Positions 35,727-60,182 are shown, counted from the first letter of the stretch. The stretch: DNA of 64,000 nucleotides from Amoebidium appalachense (GCA_963693365.1 CAVNZM010000009.1:3914646-3978645), one strand, 5' to 3'. Notes: a model not told the origin generated them from the sequence alone. Numbers and translations are program-made.

Positions 35727-35801
35727 TGTGTTGTTGTTGTGTGTGTGTGTCTGTGTCTGTGTCTGTGTCTGTGTCTGTGTCTGTGACTACAGTCACGGAC
35801 A

Positions 35802-35856
<55 letters not shown>

Positions 35857-36120
35857 GTTGTTTTGTGTGTGTTTGTGTGTGTACGGTGTGTGTGTACGGT
35901 GTGCCGGTGTTTGTCTGTGTTCCCCCCCCTTCCCCCCCCCCCCCACCCCCCCCCGCCTCATGTGCACGTTAACGTGTGTGTGTAACGGTGTGTGGTTGTG
36001 TGTGCCACGGTGCATGTGTACGTGTGTGTGTGTGTGTGTACTGTGTGTGTGTTTGTGTGTGTGTGTGTGCACGCGTGTTTGTGTGTGTGTGTATGTGTGC
36101 ATGTGTAGTGTGTGTGTGTG

Positions 36121-36151
<31 letters not shown>

Positions 36152-36181
36152 ACGGTGTGTGTGTTTGTGTGTGTGTGTGCA

Positions 36182-36282
<101 letters not shown>

Positions 36283-36296
36283 CGGTGTGCACGTGT

Positions 36297-36329
<33 letters not shown>

Positions 36330-36486
36330 GTGTGCGTATATGTGTGTGTGTGTGCACGTGTGCTATTGGGCCCCTGCACGGGAAGGAGGGGGGGGGGGGG
36401 GGAGATTGGCACACTGAAATTAACCATGAATACATTAAAATTTATGTATACTATGTTTTTGGTCCCTTTGCTCCAGGCAGGGATCA

Positions 36487-39400
36487 TTATAGATCACTCT
36501 CATCACACACATCTTCGGGGCCTTCTACAACAAACTGTTCCCCTTCCTCTAGAAATTCGTCTTCCTCTTCTAGAACTGTGGGATCGGTACGTGCCCTCCG
36601 TATAAGATCACATGTTTTTTTAAAGCGGGCCAATCTATCTCTTTCCCGCTCCTCTTGTCTCTCATTCTCTAAATCCACCGTATAATCACCCTTACTATAA
36701 CTCCTTTTCTCCCCCTCTAAGCCCAAAGCCCTTCCCACTAAACCGCGTACTTCATATTGCATAGTTTGAACAATAAATTCGTGATTTTCCCCATCCCGAC
36801 CATGGCTAGTATTGTTATAGTAAACCACATTCTGCATCTGATTCTTTTTCTCTAAAGATTGGCAACACGACCACAACAGAGAACCAACCTTTTTAACCAT
36901 AGGAACAACATGTGCACCAAGAGCATGCAAATAAGGGGTAAGAGATGCTTCACCGTAGCACACCTTCCATCTCTCAAGAAGATTGTCGATCTCAATCTCT
37001 AACTGCTCTGGGGTGATGTGGTGGGGGGCACTTGCTAGCGCACGATCGATTTTCGCATATCTTTCCCAACATTCTCGAAATTTGCGCCGCGACGGTCCGT
37101 TTCTTGCCGGCTTAGGTAACAATACCTTAAGCAAGCATTCCTCATTTTCCCCAACTACAGTAGAAAACCCCTCCAATATCAGAATTCGATCCATGCCGCT
37201 TAGGGGGGTCTGTTTGAATTTTCCTTTTTTGAAACGGAACTCAAATGAAACACCACATGCCTGCACAGCTCGTTCAAGGCACAACATACCCGTTGTTTTG
37301 CGGGTAGGTTTTGACTGCCGCCCACTGCTCATGCAATGTTTTACGAGATCCCCCCAAACTCGGTCGAAAATTCGCAACCGCATGTGCAAGATGTCGATCA
37401 CAACACGATCGAGAGGAAGCTTCCACAACGAAGGCCTCGCAAACCCGTTCTTGCCGATCTGGCAGTGTTCACAGCCGGGAGCATTGCGCCGTATATGGAT
37501 ATTGGCAGCGCGCCACGCCTGTCCCACAAGATGCCTGCAGTGTTTGGGGCAGTTGCACCAGAGGCAGGCGAAAATTGCGGTTGGGCCTTTACGGCCTGTA
37601 TGTCACTGTATTGTTTGTGTGTGTGTGTGTGGGGGGGGGGGGGGGGAGTATATGTGTGTATAGGTGTGTGTGTGTGTGCCATGGGTGTGTGTGTTGTGTG
37701 TGTGTGTGGGTGTGTGTGGGTGTGGGTGTGGATGTGTGTGTGTGTGTGTGGTGGTGGGGGGGGGGGGGGGGAGGGGGGGGGGGGGGGGGGGGGGATGGTT
37801 AGGCTGAGTAAACTTAAATTAACTTGAGAAGATAAAAAGCAGGGACAGGGTGTTAACAATATGTTCATGTGGGTGGGGGGGGGGGGGGGGGGGGGGGAGG
37901 AAGAGGATGAGGGAGAAAAGACGGAGGAAAGGAACGACTTCGGTGAGAGAGAATGTGTTTGGAGAGGGGGGTGTTGTTTTGTATGGGTAAACGGAGAAGC
38001 AGAGAGCACAGATGGGTGTTATGATATACACAACACAGAGACACACGGGAGAAACACAACCGGAGAGGTGGAACGATTTCTGGAACCATAGGAAATGAAT
38101 ACGACTGCTTGATATCTACTTCAAGATGAAGTTCCTTTTATACTCAGGAATGTGAAATCGATAAGCCAATCAAAAGAACGAAAATTCTATTATCCAATCA
38201 GAAAGACGAAAACTATGAGGGTAAAATAAATCGATCGAAATGCCTGTCGACACATAGAAGATAAAACGCAATCTTCTAATGAAAGTAATCTTCTAATAAA
38301 ACTACGGAAACATTTAACAAAATGAAACCACTTATGTATCTATTAGTTCACATCATATATTTGTACATGTTCTTATCATAACACGTCTAAATATAAGTAT
38401 TCCTATTAGTTGGGGAACATAGAGCAATGCTACGTCGTGGGAAAAGAAGGAAAAGGAATGGGAAAGGAACCGAATAGAATTAATGAGGAATGTAGGTTAC
38501 TATATTTGGGAAAATATAACGAGATCTGATTGGACAACTTATTTAGACATTGACGCAAACAACAATACGTGTGCGCGGGCCAAATAGCTCGATGTGTACA
38601 CAGATCTAAGATATCTGTGCACACGGAAACGGAAAGGAAAGAAAGAAAGGAAGAAAGGAAAAGGGAAAAGTAAACAAACTACAACAAACTAATAAACAAA
38701 TGTAAAACTCAACTTCCAAGTCTTGCCGTTAATCATGGGAAGATGACGGGGGGGGGGGGGGGGGGGGCATTAAGGAGGAGGAGGGGGGGGGGGGGGTTGG
38801 ACATACCGAGAATGTATTGCATAAACTTCCAGTCTCCACCCAACTCCCAGTAGAGTTCAAAGGTGTCTGCTTCCAGACCCTTGCCTCCCAGATGCACTTT
38901 CCCGTCCAGAGTGGCTATCTCATCCAGCGGCTGCCCAAACACCCTTTTCAAGTTATCGTAATCCTCAAACCCATCATACATGGCAACTGCATACTCAAAG
39001 GAAGGCTTTAACCCATACCTACAGTTTTCATTGATTTTACTTATACACAGCAACACCTTCCCCTTTGTATTAGCTATTTGACTCCCATCACCAGCCACCC
39101 GCATTCTGATAACTTTACCACACTCTTTTAACTCTTGAAAAAGCGCATTAATTTCAGGAATATTATTATACATAAATACCAACAATTCTCGCACACTTAC
39201 AAAAGCCGCCTCCCTCATGCCAGGCACACGATGAATTGTTATCATTCTGTTTTGCCTCTGCCGTTCTTGAATAATATAAGCTAATTTAGCCAAACCCTTC
39301 CCCTGTGAAGATTTCCCCAACCCCTCCCAATCAGCATCACTTATATTATAATTATCTTTCAGATTTATAGCCTCCTGCACCGCATCCAAATTATCCCGCT

Positions 39401-39935
39401 CCAATAGCCTTCTCTTTGATTTCCTATTCACATAGAAAGCCTCATACATCTCTTCTTCCAATGCCATTTCTAAGAATTTTTTTTCAATTTTTTTTCTTTT
39501 GTTTTCTGGCATGGCTATCAATTCTTCTACCATTTTCCTGCGTCTTTTTTTGTTCGCAGTTTTCACAACAATATCAAACACACCATGACGGCTACCATGC
39601 AACCGAGCTCTAACCTGATACACCACAACATCCAAAGGCAACGAAGACAACAGATCACACAGAATATACGAAAGTCTATCACGTGTGGCACTTCTACCAC
39701 GGTCTTTTTGCTCATCATACGGAATTCTAGGACGGAGCCACGAAGGAGCAGAACCACAACGTTCACACAGAGTAACATCACCCGAGCCAGAGGGATTGTG
39801 TGGGGGGGGATTAGGGGGGTTGGCAGCACGAGGTGGGGGCGCAGGAGGGGCATGCGGTGGAGGGGGGGAGGGGCGTACGGTGGATGGGGGGGAGGGGCAT
39901 GCGGTGGAGGGGGGGGGGGGGGGGGGGGGGGGCAT
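36487..39935 (-). CDS. RAG1/Transib-type DDE transposase (~745 aa, 2 exons)
   Basis: Exons 39935-38807 and 37595-36487 join in phase (YILG|RKGPTAIFACLWCNC). RAG1-core motifs occur in order: AGDG (D), FEDY, GGDWK (D), CLWC, DILH..LR, TPYLHALGAH (Zn His pair), GSL....QSLEKKN (E). Start codon uncertain; TIRs not identified. Confidence 0.8.
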
Positions 39936-40056
39936 GCGGTGGAGGGGGGTGTTGCAGGCCAAAGTGTCGTCCAGGCCAAAGTGTCGTCATCTCTAATTAA
40001 AATCCAGGTCGTCAAATTTGACTGGTCTAGGGGGAATATCGGGCAGGCCAAAATGC

Positions 40057-40088
<32 letters not shown>

Positions 40089-40349
40089 TACTACCCTGGG
40101 TGACAGGGGGGTCGGAGGGTTTGTATGACGTGGTGGGAGAAACACAGTGTGGGCGCGGGGGGAGGGGGGGGGGGGGGTATTAAAAAATCATTGTCGTAAC
40201 CTCCCCCCCCCCCCCCCCCCCCCCCCCCCCCACTATCCCGGAAACAGGGAGGGAGTGCAGGGGGTGCAGGGGGGTCAGGGTGTGTATATGTGGTTGGAGA
40301 AACACAGCGTGTGCACGGACCTGCACGGTCTGGCCTAGATGGCAAAATT

Positions 40350-40390
<41 letters not shown>

Positions 40391-40429
40391 CCCCCCCCCC
40401 CCCTCCCCCCCCTCCCCCCCCCCCCCCCC

Positions 40430-42083
40430 CCCAGCGAAAAAAGATGCGAATCTGTGTCCCGATTAAACCCTGATCACCATATGAGAATCGGGGCAAAATC
40501 GGGAAACCCGATTCGTAATAAGCGACGTGATCGGATGAAATTAGCCTGATTACACCCCGATTTCTTGATATTGATCACACCCTGATTCGCAAAAAAAATC
40601 CCGATCACGCCCGTGACCGGGACACCCCGATTCCTTCCCGACCTGCCCTATACCTCCTTCCTGCCCTTTTGATACTGGAACTTAACCCAAAGTTAAGTAC
40701 AAAAGAAGACAACCGCAAGAAAGCTGAATTACACCGTGACTAGCTCGCACCTTTACTTTGTTACTCGTACCGTACACACACAGTGTGATGTCAAGTCATG
40801 TTCTTCGTCATCACCCACAGTGTGATGCAAGGTGTGATGCCTGGAGCCTGGAACAGCCCAACAACGGCTATTCAGCTGGGTAGAAAGCATTCACAATATA
40901 TACAAAAGCAGACAGAAGGGTTTGGCACACAGAACCCTAGTATGAGCAACACCAGGTTGCAAGCATGAAGAGGCTATAGCTAAGTAGTCGTGGGGAGCCA
41001 TAGAAGTATATAGCTAGGTTAGCAAACCGTTCACCTGCACACCTATGTGCACGTGTGTTTGAACCCTTTATTCTAACAAAGATAATGGACTGTGTTTCGA
41101 CTCTTCAAGTTAATTTGAGTACCAGTAGGTGTGGAGCGATACAGTCAACTACACAACATCCATCTCAGGCTTGCCCCTATACTTCACCTTGGCTTACCTG
41201 TTAGAGCCTGTTAGAGCCGCTCACAAAACTCGAACTTGGCAAAGTCACAGTAGCAGGTTCAAGGACCTGCGATGGGGAAGAGACTTTCAGAACCTACTAG
41301 GGGTACGGTGTTATATAAGGCCAAAAAGGAGGCAACACAACGTGGCCTTCTCTGTAATACTGATGCAGCATAGATTGCAAGAAGTATAAACTAATAACAG
41401 AGCAACAACTTGGCTCGAGGATACTAGTATACAGATGCCTATGCACGGCTGGACGTGGACGCCCAAGTTCGGCAGAAGCGCTTACAAATTTAGGTTGTAT
41501 CCTTCTTGCCGTGTGACCTCACAAGACAAAAGCCTAGTATGTAAGTCAGAGGGTTCGTGAAGATGAGGTTCTAAAAAAAAACTCACCTTGCCTGTGGCGC
41601 ATAGCTCCGTTTTTCCAGACTCAAACTCCTGCCTGCCCAAAAACAATATGCTTAAAAACACCAACTACTATTCTACGCAGTCTTGGGCCACGGCCCACTG
41701 CTGTGTATGCAAGTTGTAGATGGAGCCGCAGAAATCTCACCAAACACAAGACAAAAGCGAATGCGTGCAAGCGAGTTTAGAGTCGCCTGTTTCTTTACAC
41801 CAAAACTTGCCAACGGTTGTCTTTGACGACCAGCTGCTGTCTAGGAATCTTTGCTACTAATGCGCGCGAGTGGTTGCACTTGACCGATACTTGCAAGTCT
41901 TTTTCTTGTTTGGTGTGACCGTTAGGCCGCACATGGCATCAGGCCGGGTCAAATTTGCGTAGTCAGGAAGAATTCCGGACGAAATCGGGAATATATTTAG
42001 ACCTCATTACAGTCTACCAATCAGAATAGCTGGCTTAATTCGTGATTGGGGATCATCGGGAGCCGGATTCGCAATTTTTTTTG

Positions 42084-42088
<5 letters not shown>
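40430..42088. mobile_element. Non-autonomous EnSpm/CMC-like DNA transposon (~1.66 kb) inserted in a poly-C tract
   Basis: Imperfect ~47-bp TIRs: left CCCAGCGAAAAAAGATGCGAATC...CCCGAT; right (revcomp) CACAGCAAAAAAATTGCGAATC...CCCGAT. Subterminal cccgat/atcggg repeats, poly-C on both flanks, no long ORF. Confidence 0.75.
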
Positions 42089-42142
<54 letters not shown>

Positions 42143-42395
42143 GAAACAGGGAGGGGGTACATGGGTGGTAAGGTTGCAAATGTAAGGTTTACGCTGTATT
42201 TTATGGTGTGTGTGTGTCATTCCACACACACACACACACATACATCAGTGTAAGCGCATCCAAGCACGACATTATCATACTCTTTGACAATGTATAGACT
42301 ATGTCCAATCATGTTATTGTATCGTGTGTGTGTGCACTGCACACAAGCTTCAATGTGTCAAAATAAACCACACCCAGACTTGTTATTGTATCGTG

Positions 42396-43097
42396 CATCA
42401 GCAAACTTCCCGGAAGTATTGCCAACATATTTTTTGCTATTGGCGCTATTGGCGATATTGGCAATAGAACCCCTTGCCGCCAATAGGAACGCCATATTGC
42501 AATAATATTGCTTTGGTATTGTCAATGGTAATACAGTACCAATACCCTCTATTGTCGATATCCCGCTGATATGAATATATTATCCAGTATATGTTACATC
42601 AATATCGCCAATACATTAGAGTGCCATTACATTGCCATTGCATTACTATTGCGCTAGCATTATAGACGTATTGCCAATATCAATTATACCCGGGCGATAT
42701 TACAATAACAACCAAATAATATCAAAAATACAGATAATGATATGGATAATACTGTATTTTCGCATTGTAGTTGCACTATGAACGCATTATTAATGTATTG
42801 CCAATATGTAATTCATAGAAATACAAAGATTTAAATATCAAGAAACATATAAACAATGTGTTGCCAACATATAATCCAACTATAATCAATATATAAATGC
42901 GGTATCGCCGATAGGTTGCTTATATATCGTGAGTATATTGATGACATAAACAGAGGTATGATTAATACACTCCCAACACATTACAAATAAGAAATATGTA
43001 AGTATGTTCCATATCAAGCATATACTGCCAACATACGAATGATACACACACCACCATAAAGATATAAGTGTTGATAATGCATTACATATATATTATA
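42396..43097 (+). mobile_element. Left end of a CATCAGCAAAC-terminated element, interrupted by the YR retroelement
   Basis: Same 11-mer terminus as at 44230 and 63848. Followed by an AT-rich tract with many attgccaat/gccaata motifs that stops abruptly at 43097. Confidence 0.5.
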
Positions 43098-44229
43098 TCT
43101 ATGAAAACTACTCCGGGACGTGTGTTGTCTCTAGGGGGACATCCCCTTGGACGAAAGTGAACCTGCAATGGTTGTAAACCACGGCAAGCCCCCAGTCATC
43201 AATTTATTGATCCGTGAGGTCCATGTGCCTAAAAAACGGGGGAAGTCTTCGCCCCGTGAAAAAACAGCACGTATGTGTGGATCAATGGGGGTTGTGTGTG
43301 GGTGTAGGTGGGTGGGTGAAAAGGAATATATAGCTGTAAGGCTGTGGATGCTAAACACAGAAGATGTGTTTGTAGCTTGCTGATCTGCTAAAAACTGTCG
43401 TGCTTATATACCTAAGCCTACCGATCTGAGCCAATCAAAAATCGATCTAGTGATATGTGAAATCTGATCCGAGCCAATCATAACTCGGTCTAGTGATCTC
43501 TGGTATCTGATGTTTTGACTGGCTAATAGGTGCCCGTGTGCGGGCAGCCAACCGCTAACTGCTAAAACACGAAATGAAGCCTACATGGTTATGTTGGTAT
43601 CGAACACCCATCCTACGTGTTTACCCAGAAAAATATTTATGCCAATAATTTCCACAAATAAAACCTCTATGAAAACTACTCCGGGACGTGCCACAGTGTG
43701 TTGCCTCTAGGGGGACATCCCCTTGGACGAAAGTGAACCTGCAATGGTTGTAAACCACGGCACGAGAGCAGTATGCTTGCTCCAAAGGTTTCACTTAAGA
43801 ATAGAGGTGAATACACGTGTGGTGGTGGCAGCAATGGAGGCCGGACGAAGTCGGGTATAGATCAGGAAGCAGTCGGAGGACCACCTGCCGAGTTGTTTGA
43901 TCCGGGAGTCGTCGACCCCGGCCTCAGCCAGTGCTGTGGCCCCCCCGATGCGGAGGCTGTGTCCGGCAAACCGGGAGGGTGAGAGGCCTGCCCGGGAGAG
44001 GAGGGCACGGAAATCGGCAGAGAAAGCACTCTTGGTGTAGGGGATGCCACCGAGACTGAAGAGGGGTTCGTCGGGTTGACCGGACGTTGTATCCAGGAAC
44101 TGCCGGAGGAGATGGGCTGGGGAGAAGTGGGTGAGGGGCAGGGCAGCTAGGGTGACCGTGACGTTGACACCTCGGGCCTGTACATCCGTCTTAGAGGTTG
44201 GCAGGTGGAGGGTGGCATGGGACAAAGTA
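43098..44229 (-). mobile_element. 3' end of a Ngaro/PAT-type tyrosine-recombinase retrotransposon with split direct repeats (B1-A2-B2)
   Basis: ~90-bp direct repeats at 43098-43186 and 43666-43762 flank a ~480-bp CCAAT-containing block, immediately downstream of the YR stop codon. Confidence 0.75.
43791..44225 (-). pseudogene. Tyrosine recombinase C-terminal fragment (DIRS-order type), 5' part removed by insertion
   Basis: SKTD, GHSLRIGGAT, LGRWSS and IY give the K, HxxR, W and Y catalytic positions. The first catalytic Arg is missing because the frame is cut 4 bp from the 44230 terminus. Confidence 0.9.
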
Positions 44230-45338
44230 CATCAGCAAACATCACCCCGAGCTCTTTAGGGTAACATTGTCATCTTTTTATAACATTTGGGTACCACTGT
44301 CGTACGAGGTTATACAATGTTACCAGTGTACAAACCCTAAATACAGATTGCTAACATCGTGTTACACTTGTGTGTACCAGTATGGCAGTGGTATCACCCT
44401 GTATAACACACCGTTACCAGCATGTCACACAGAATGATATCACAGTTTTACACGGTCTGGTAACCATAATATATACATTGTTACAAACGTGGTATCTTTA
44501 ATGCATACATAATTGTACAACGTTGGTACACAATGTCACCGTTATGGTACATATTGGTATAACTGTTTGATATACCGGGGTAACCATTATATACCATTAC
44601 GGTAACACCATCTTACCACGTCGGACATCAAACGGATACATTTGTTGACATTGTGTTGCCATACATTTAACTTTATTTTACATAGTGGTGACGCACTCGT
44701 ACCAATATGCCAAATTCCTGTATACCACGGGATAGCACAGGAGTCACCAATGCTATACCAAGAGTTATACTTCAGGTAACTAAACTCTACAATTTATGTA
44801 CCAAAGGTGAACCCAGGTATACCACGAGAACGACACATGTTTACCATTTATATATTACGGATAACATTAAAACGACATTACGATACCATTTGTATACGTT
44901 GACATTCCCTTTTGGTAACAAATGGGTGACATTCGGTATATACATTTTACTTTTATGTTAATCATACCGTACCATATTGTTATCAATTTGTATCCCCCCC
45001 CCCCCCCCCCCCCCCCCCCCTCCCTCCCTCCAGTTCTGCAGACAGACACGAAGATGATGCCACTTTTTCTTTTTACTAAGTACTTGTGGCATCAAGCACA
45101 CAAGTAAACAACACAACTAACATGCCACCCCAGGTGGCATCCTACAGCACGAGTGTTAACAACACAACTTACATACCACCCCAGGTGGCATCCATTCTCT
45201 CCTATCTACTTTATCTCAAAAAAACACAACTCTTATGCAAACAAAAAAAATACCAAAAAGAATCAAAAAAAAGGAAAAAAGAAGAAAAAAAAAATACCAC
45301 ACAAGCACCGTGACAACAGGCTGGGCTCGGGCCGCATT

Positions 45339-47348
45339 TTACGGCGGCGTCTCCTCCTCACTGGTCTGCTGGCCGGGAGGTGTTGCAGTGGCGGTCGGAG
45401 GTTGCTGAGCAGGCAGGGCCCCGTCGTCGGCAGGGGGGGGGGTGGAAGACCTGGGGGGGGAGTCTTTCTTCTTCTCCTTTTTTTCTGTGTCCTTCTGCTC
45501 GCGACGGCGGAGAATCTCCTGGTGGTTCGCCAACTCCTGGAGAACAATGCATGTTAGTTATGCATGAAGCAAAGCGTATTCCCCTCCACCCAATAAGGCT
45601 AACCATCTAATCTATACAAACAACCAAACTCCTACGACATGTGTAAGTAGATGTGATTAGAAAAGCGGTGAGTCCTCTCCCATGATAACAACAAAGCTCA
45701 TCATTGTGTCTGGTCGTAATGTGGTGGTTCTGACATACAACCCCTTACACAAACACTTACAAAGCAGTAGAGATATACAAGGAAAAGGAAGAAGGTATTA
45801 AACAACCGAATATCAGAGTGGTAAAACTGATGTCATACTATGTGCACGATGTTGTCTCTATGTCAGAGAAAGATACCAGAGTGTTAAAACTGATGTCATA
45901 CTACGTGCACAATGTTATCTGTGTCACCATACACATACAAATACAAAAGGACATCTGTAACATAAAATCGTGCTGCACCACTGACACTTCTACATACCTC
46001 CTTCAGGGTGTCCACCATGTTGAGGTAGGCCTTGCTGCTGTCTTTCAACCGGTCGTTGAGGCCGTTGGGAAGAAGGACGGTGGGGTTGGTGAAGTACAGG
46101 TTCTCGAAGATGCAGAGGACGAAGGCGATGGCCGTGGGGGGGACGACGGTGACCTCGTCGTACCTGGACTTGAGGTAGCTCTGAATGCTCCCCCTTCTCG
46201 ACCCTGACTGGTGGTCAAACCAGTCAACCACCATCTTGCCGCCGTAGGGGTGGCCGTCCTCCTCGGACACACGCCACTTGGGGCCGCACTTCACCCCCTC
46301 CACCGTGACCGGCTCCATCAGTTTTGCAAGCACAACCCTGAGCTCGTCAACCGGAAGGCCCATAAGCTGCAGGGAGGAATGTCGAATAAGTCCACAGAAT
46401 ACGAGACATGTTGGTTGCAACGAAAATAACTTCAAAAGTCAATTGCAGGAAGTAATAGAGGCTAACCATAACACCCAATCAAATTACCTAATAGAGAACA
46501 TTATTAGGATGGGGGGAAGAGGGGGGGGCCCCGGGGGGGGGGGGGGGGGGGGGTACAGGAAGTACGTAAAGTAAACATGTGACGTAACGAATGCGAATTA
46601 ACTTGAATAAGTTTCTACTATCAATAAAAAAGACTGCCACTATTCAAGTTATTTTCTTTAAAAAAAAAAAAAAAAAAAAGGCATGATACATAAAATGTCT
46701 AGCAGTTCCCTTTACCAAAAAGCATACCTGTCTGCCGTCCTTATACAACATGTCGTGGCTGATGTACGTCTTGAGCAAGGCGGTCATCCCCGCACGGCGA
46801 TGACGCATGGGGCCCAGAAGCCCCTTTATGATCGGTTGGCGCAAGGTAGCGTAGGTCTTAAGCCTGCGCAGCACGTCCTTCTCCTTGAACTGGGTCTCGT
46901 GCGTTTCAAGCCAAGGCCACAGGAAAGACATGATGAGCGTGGGGGAGTTCTCAAACATGGGGTGGGGGTTGAACGTCGCCAGCTCCATAAACAGCGGGTC
47001 AGACCGTTTTATGGCCTTCACCTCCTCCAGGAGCTGTGTGTGTACGTGTGTATAGGGGAGGCATTCGAGGTGTCAGACAAACTGTGGACCGAAATAAATA
47101 AACACCCTTACGTACACACAAGTTGGTAGGAAGAAGGCAAACAAACTTTTATACAATGTTAACACAGGATATACCAGAGTATCTATTTAGTAACATTTTG
47201 GTAACACAATGTTATCCCTGTTAGCACTGAGGGTAACACAAGGCTTTCGATAAAATCACGAGGGCAAGGTAGGTCGAGTGGAACTCCCCTATCAGGTGTG
47301 AGGATCTAGATAAGACGAGAAGGAAACGTGTGGAGAGGTGTGGTGTGT

Positions 47349-47379
<31 letters not shown>

Positions 47380-47465
47380 GAATGAAATTCGTGGAGTAAG
47401 TGCAGATAAGAGGTACTAACAAACTGGGAGGGGGAAGAATTTGTGTGTCGTGGGCAGCGGGCGCT

Positions 47466-47501
<36 letters not shown>

Positions 47502-49525
47502 ACGTACTTCTTGGTTGGTCTCGGTATTGTCGCTCTGTCGGGCCGACTTGCGCTTTGGGGACGGGGACTCCTCGCCGCGCTTGCCGGACAACTTGGTCTT
47601 CGACTTCTTGACTGTCAGCGCCGCCTCCTCTTCATCACTGGTGGATACCCGCCGCTTAAGTCTCGCCAGCTCCTGCTCCATCTCCGAAACCTGCCCTTTG
47701 AGGTGCTGCACTTCGTCCACAACTTGGGGGTGCTGAATAATGCCAACGGCGCCAGACTCAGCCCCGTATGCGGGCTTCCGATCAATCTCTGGGGAAAAAA
47801 GAGGGTAGAAATGTCAGCATTTACTGCTGACACTTTTATGTGATAACGGCATTTGAACAACGAAAACAAGGAAGAGTTAACGTGAAACGAAAAAGAAACA
47901 TGGATGGTGCAAAAGGGTACACAACAAGATATAAAGGGTATTACAAAAGGTAACAATGGATATCAACAAGGTGTAGATATGTTATCAGCATGTTATCCTA
48001 TGGTGACATTCGTTTACCAATGTAAGCAACGTGGATACACTTTGAATGACAAAAAAAAGAAAGTAATTTATTTCTCACCAGTACTGCGCAGGTCGGTGGC
48101 GAGACGGTAACGGTCAACGTCCAGAACAAACCAATCTTTGCACCCACACAAACGAAGCTTCGGGAAAAGAGAGAGAACGGCAGGAGAACCATAGTTGGAG
48201 GCAACAGCATAGTTTGGTTCCAAGTTAAACCCAAAATGAAGTGTGTGTGGTGTCACGAACACCAGGTCTCCGGGTTTCTGCACAATGAACGTGTACTCTA
48301 TCTTTAACTCGTCGAGCATGTCGAGTGAGAGAGGGATGTGTGTTTTGTGCAGGAGAACACTTGTGCAGTGTGTGTACTTTGTGAGTTTATGCATCTGCCT
48401 AGTGATCTTTAAAAACGCATCCTTTTCACAAATAACCCAAAACTTTGGTCCCCCAGACAAGAGCAAGTTATGTGCACCCAAGCCACTGTCTTCTATATGC
48501 ATGCAAAAAAAGGTTGCAAGCAACTTCCCAGCCTGACCCCGAAACAAAGCATGCATGTACGCCCAAGGGCTGTTAACACCAGGAATCTCCTCCCCGTAGA
48601 ACTGAACACCCAGAGGAGAAATATCACACACTTGATTGAATGAAGGGGGACAAGAGGCCTTAGAAACAGAAACGTCTGCAAGATACGCACCACCAGAGTT
48701 TTCTACAGCATACTTGTACAAAGCCTTAAAAGCATCCCTACTCATATCTATTGGGAAGTCGTACTTGGAGGTGTATGCTTTCGTTTGGCAAAAGTCTACG
48801 TGTTTGTTTTTCCTTACGACCTCACCCCAACCGTTGGAGGACACGACTGAGTGAACCTTCCCATTTGCAAAAAGAGATGCAGGTATGCATGCAAGTGCAT
48901 CTCCCATGGAAATGGGTTCACAAAACCCACGAATAACACCACCCAACTTCCCATCATTCTCAATTCCATAAAAAAATGAAAGTGCAGCAGCTGGTGTGAG
49001 CATTGTGCCTTGTGAACAGGAAAGTGTGAGGGTAAACTGGGAAGGGGAAAGGGAAAGAAAAGCAAAAACAAAAAACAAACAAATAAAAAATAAAAAAATG
49101 ATACTCGAGAATACAAGCTCGAGGGAAAGTGACAACAACGAACCGTGGAACGTCGGCTTATGCGGTGGAACTAACTATGTGGGAGGGCACAGCACACGGA
49201 CCAAAAAAAAGGGAAAAGAAAACATACCTTGGGGTCTGGCATTGAACGTTCTGGCGACGTAGGCGCCGAGCAGGCCCTTGCCCCTTTGGCCGTCACCGTG
49301 TCGCTGGCTGAGCTCCTTCTGCGCCTCTAGCGCAGCCTTCCTCGAGGGCGGAAGGGCATCGTCCACGCTCTCGCTCGACGACGACTCGGAGTTAGAGCCG
49401 AAGGAGGGTTCTCTCTCTTTCCTTTTTTTATCTTTCCCATTCACGAACTTTTGTTTCTTTCTCCCTTGCTTTGCAGCTTCCTCTGCAGCCGCTGCGGCCT
49501 TTGCCTGCTTTTCCTTTTTCCCCAT
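45339..49525 (-). CDS. KDM4/JMJD2-like JmjC histone lysine demethylase (793 aa, 6 exons) with unknown C-terminal region
   Basis: Exons 49525-49228, 49008-48079, 47788-47508, 47033-46728, 46366-45998, 45536-45339 total 2382 nt, all introns with canonical GT..AG ends and in frame. Motifs: YLAD, IPGVNSP, FCMHIED (H-x-E), HN...GPKFW, C-x5-HK, QKPGD...LHFGFN, ASNY, CGC. Confidence 0.9.

Positions 49526-60182
<10,657 letters not shown>

Noticed and set aside
45103-45920. Short duplications (~45103-45193 with a gccacc/ggtggc hairpin; ~45814-45920)
   Set aside because: Simple local duplications in UTR and intron sequence, with no evidence of function.
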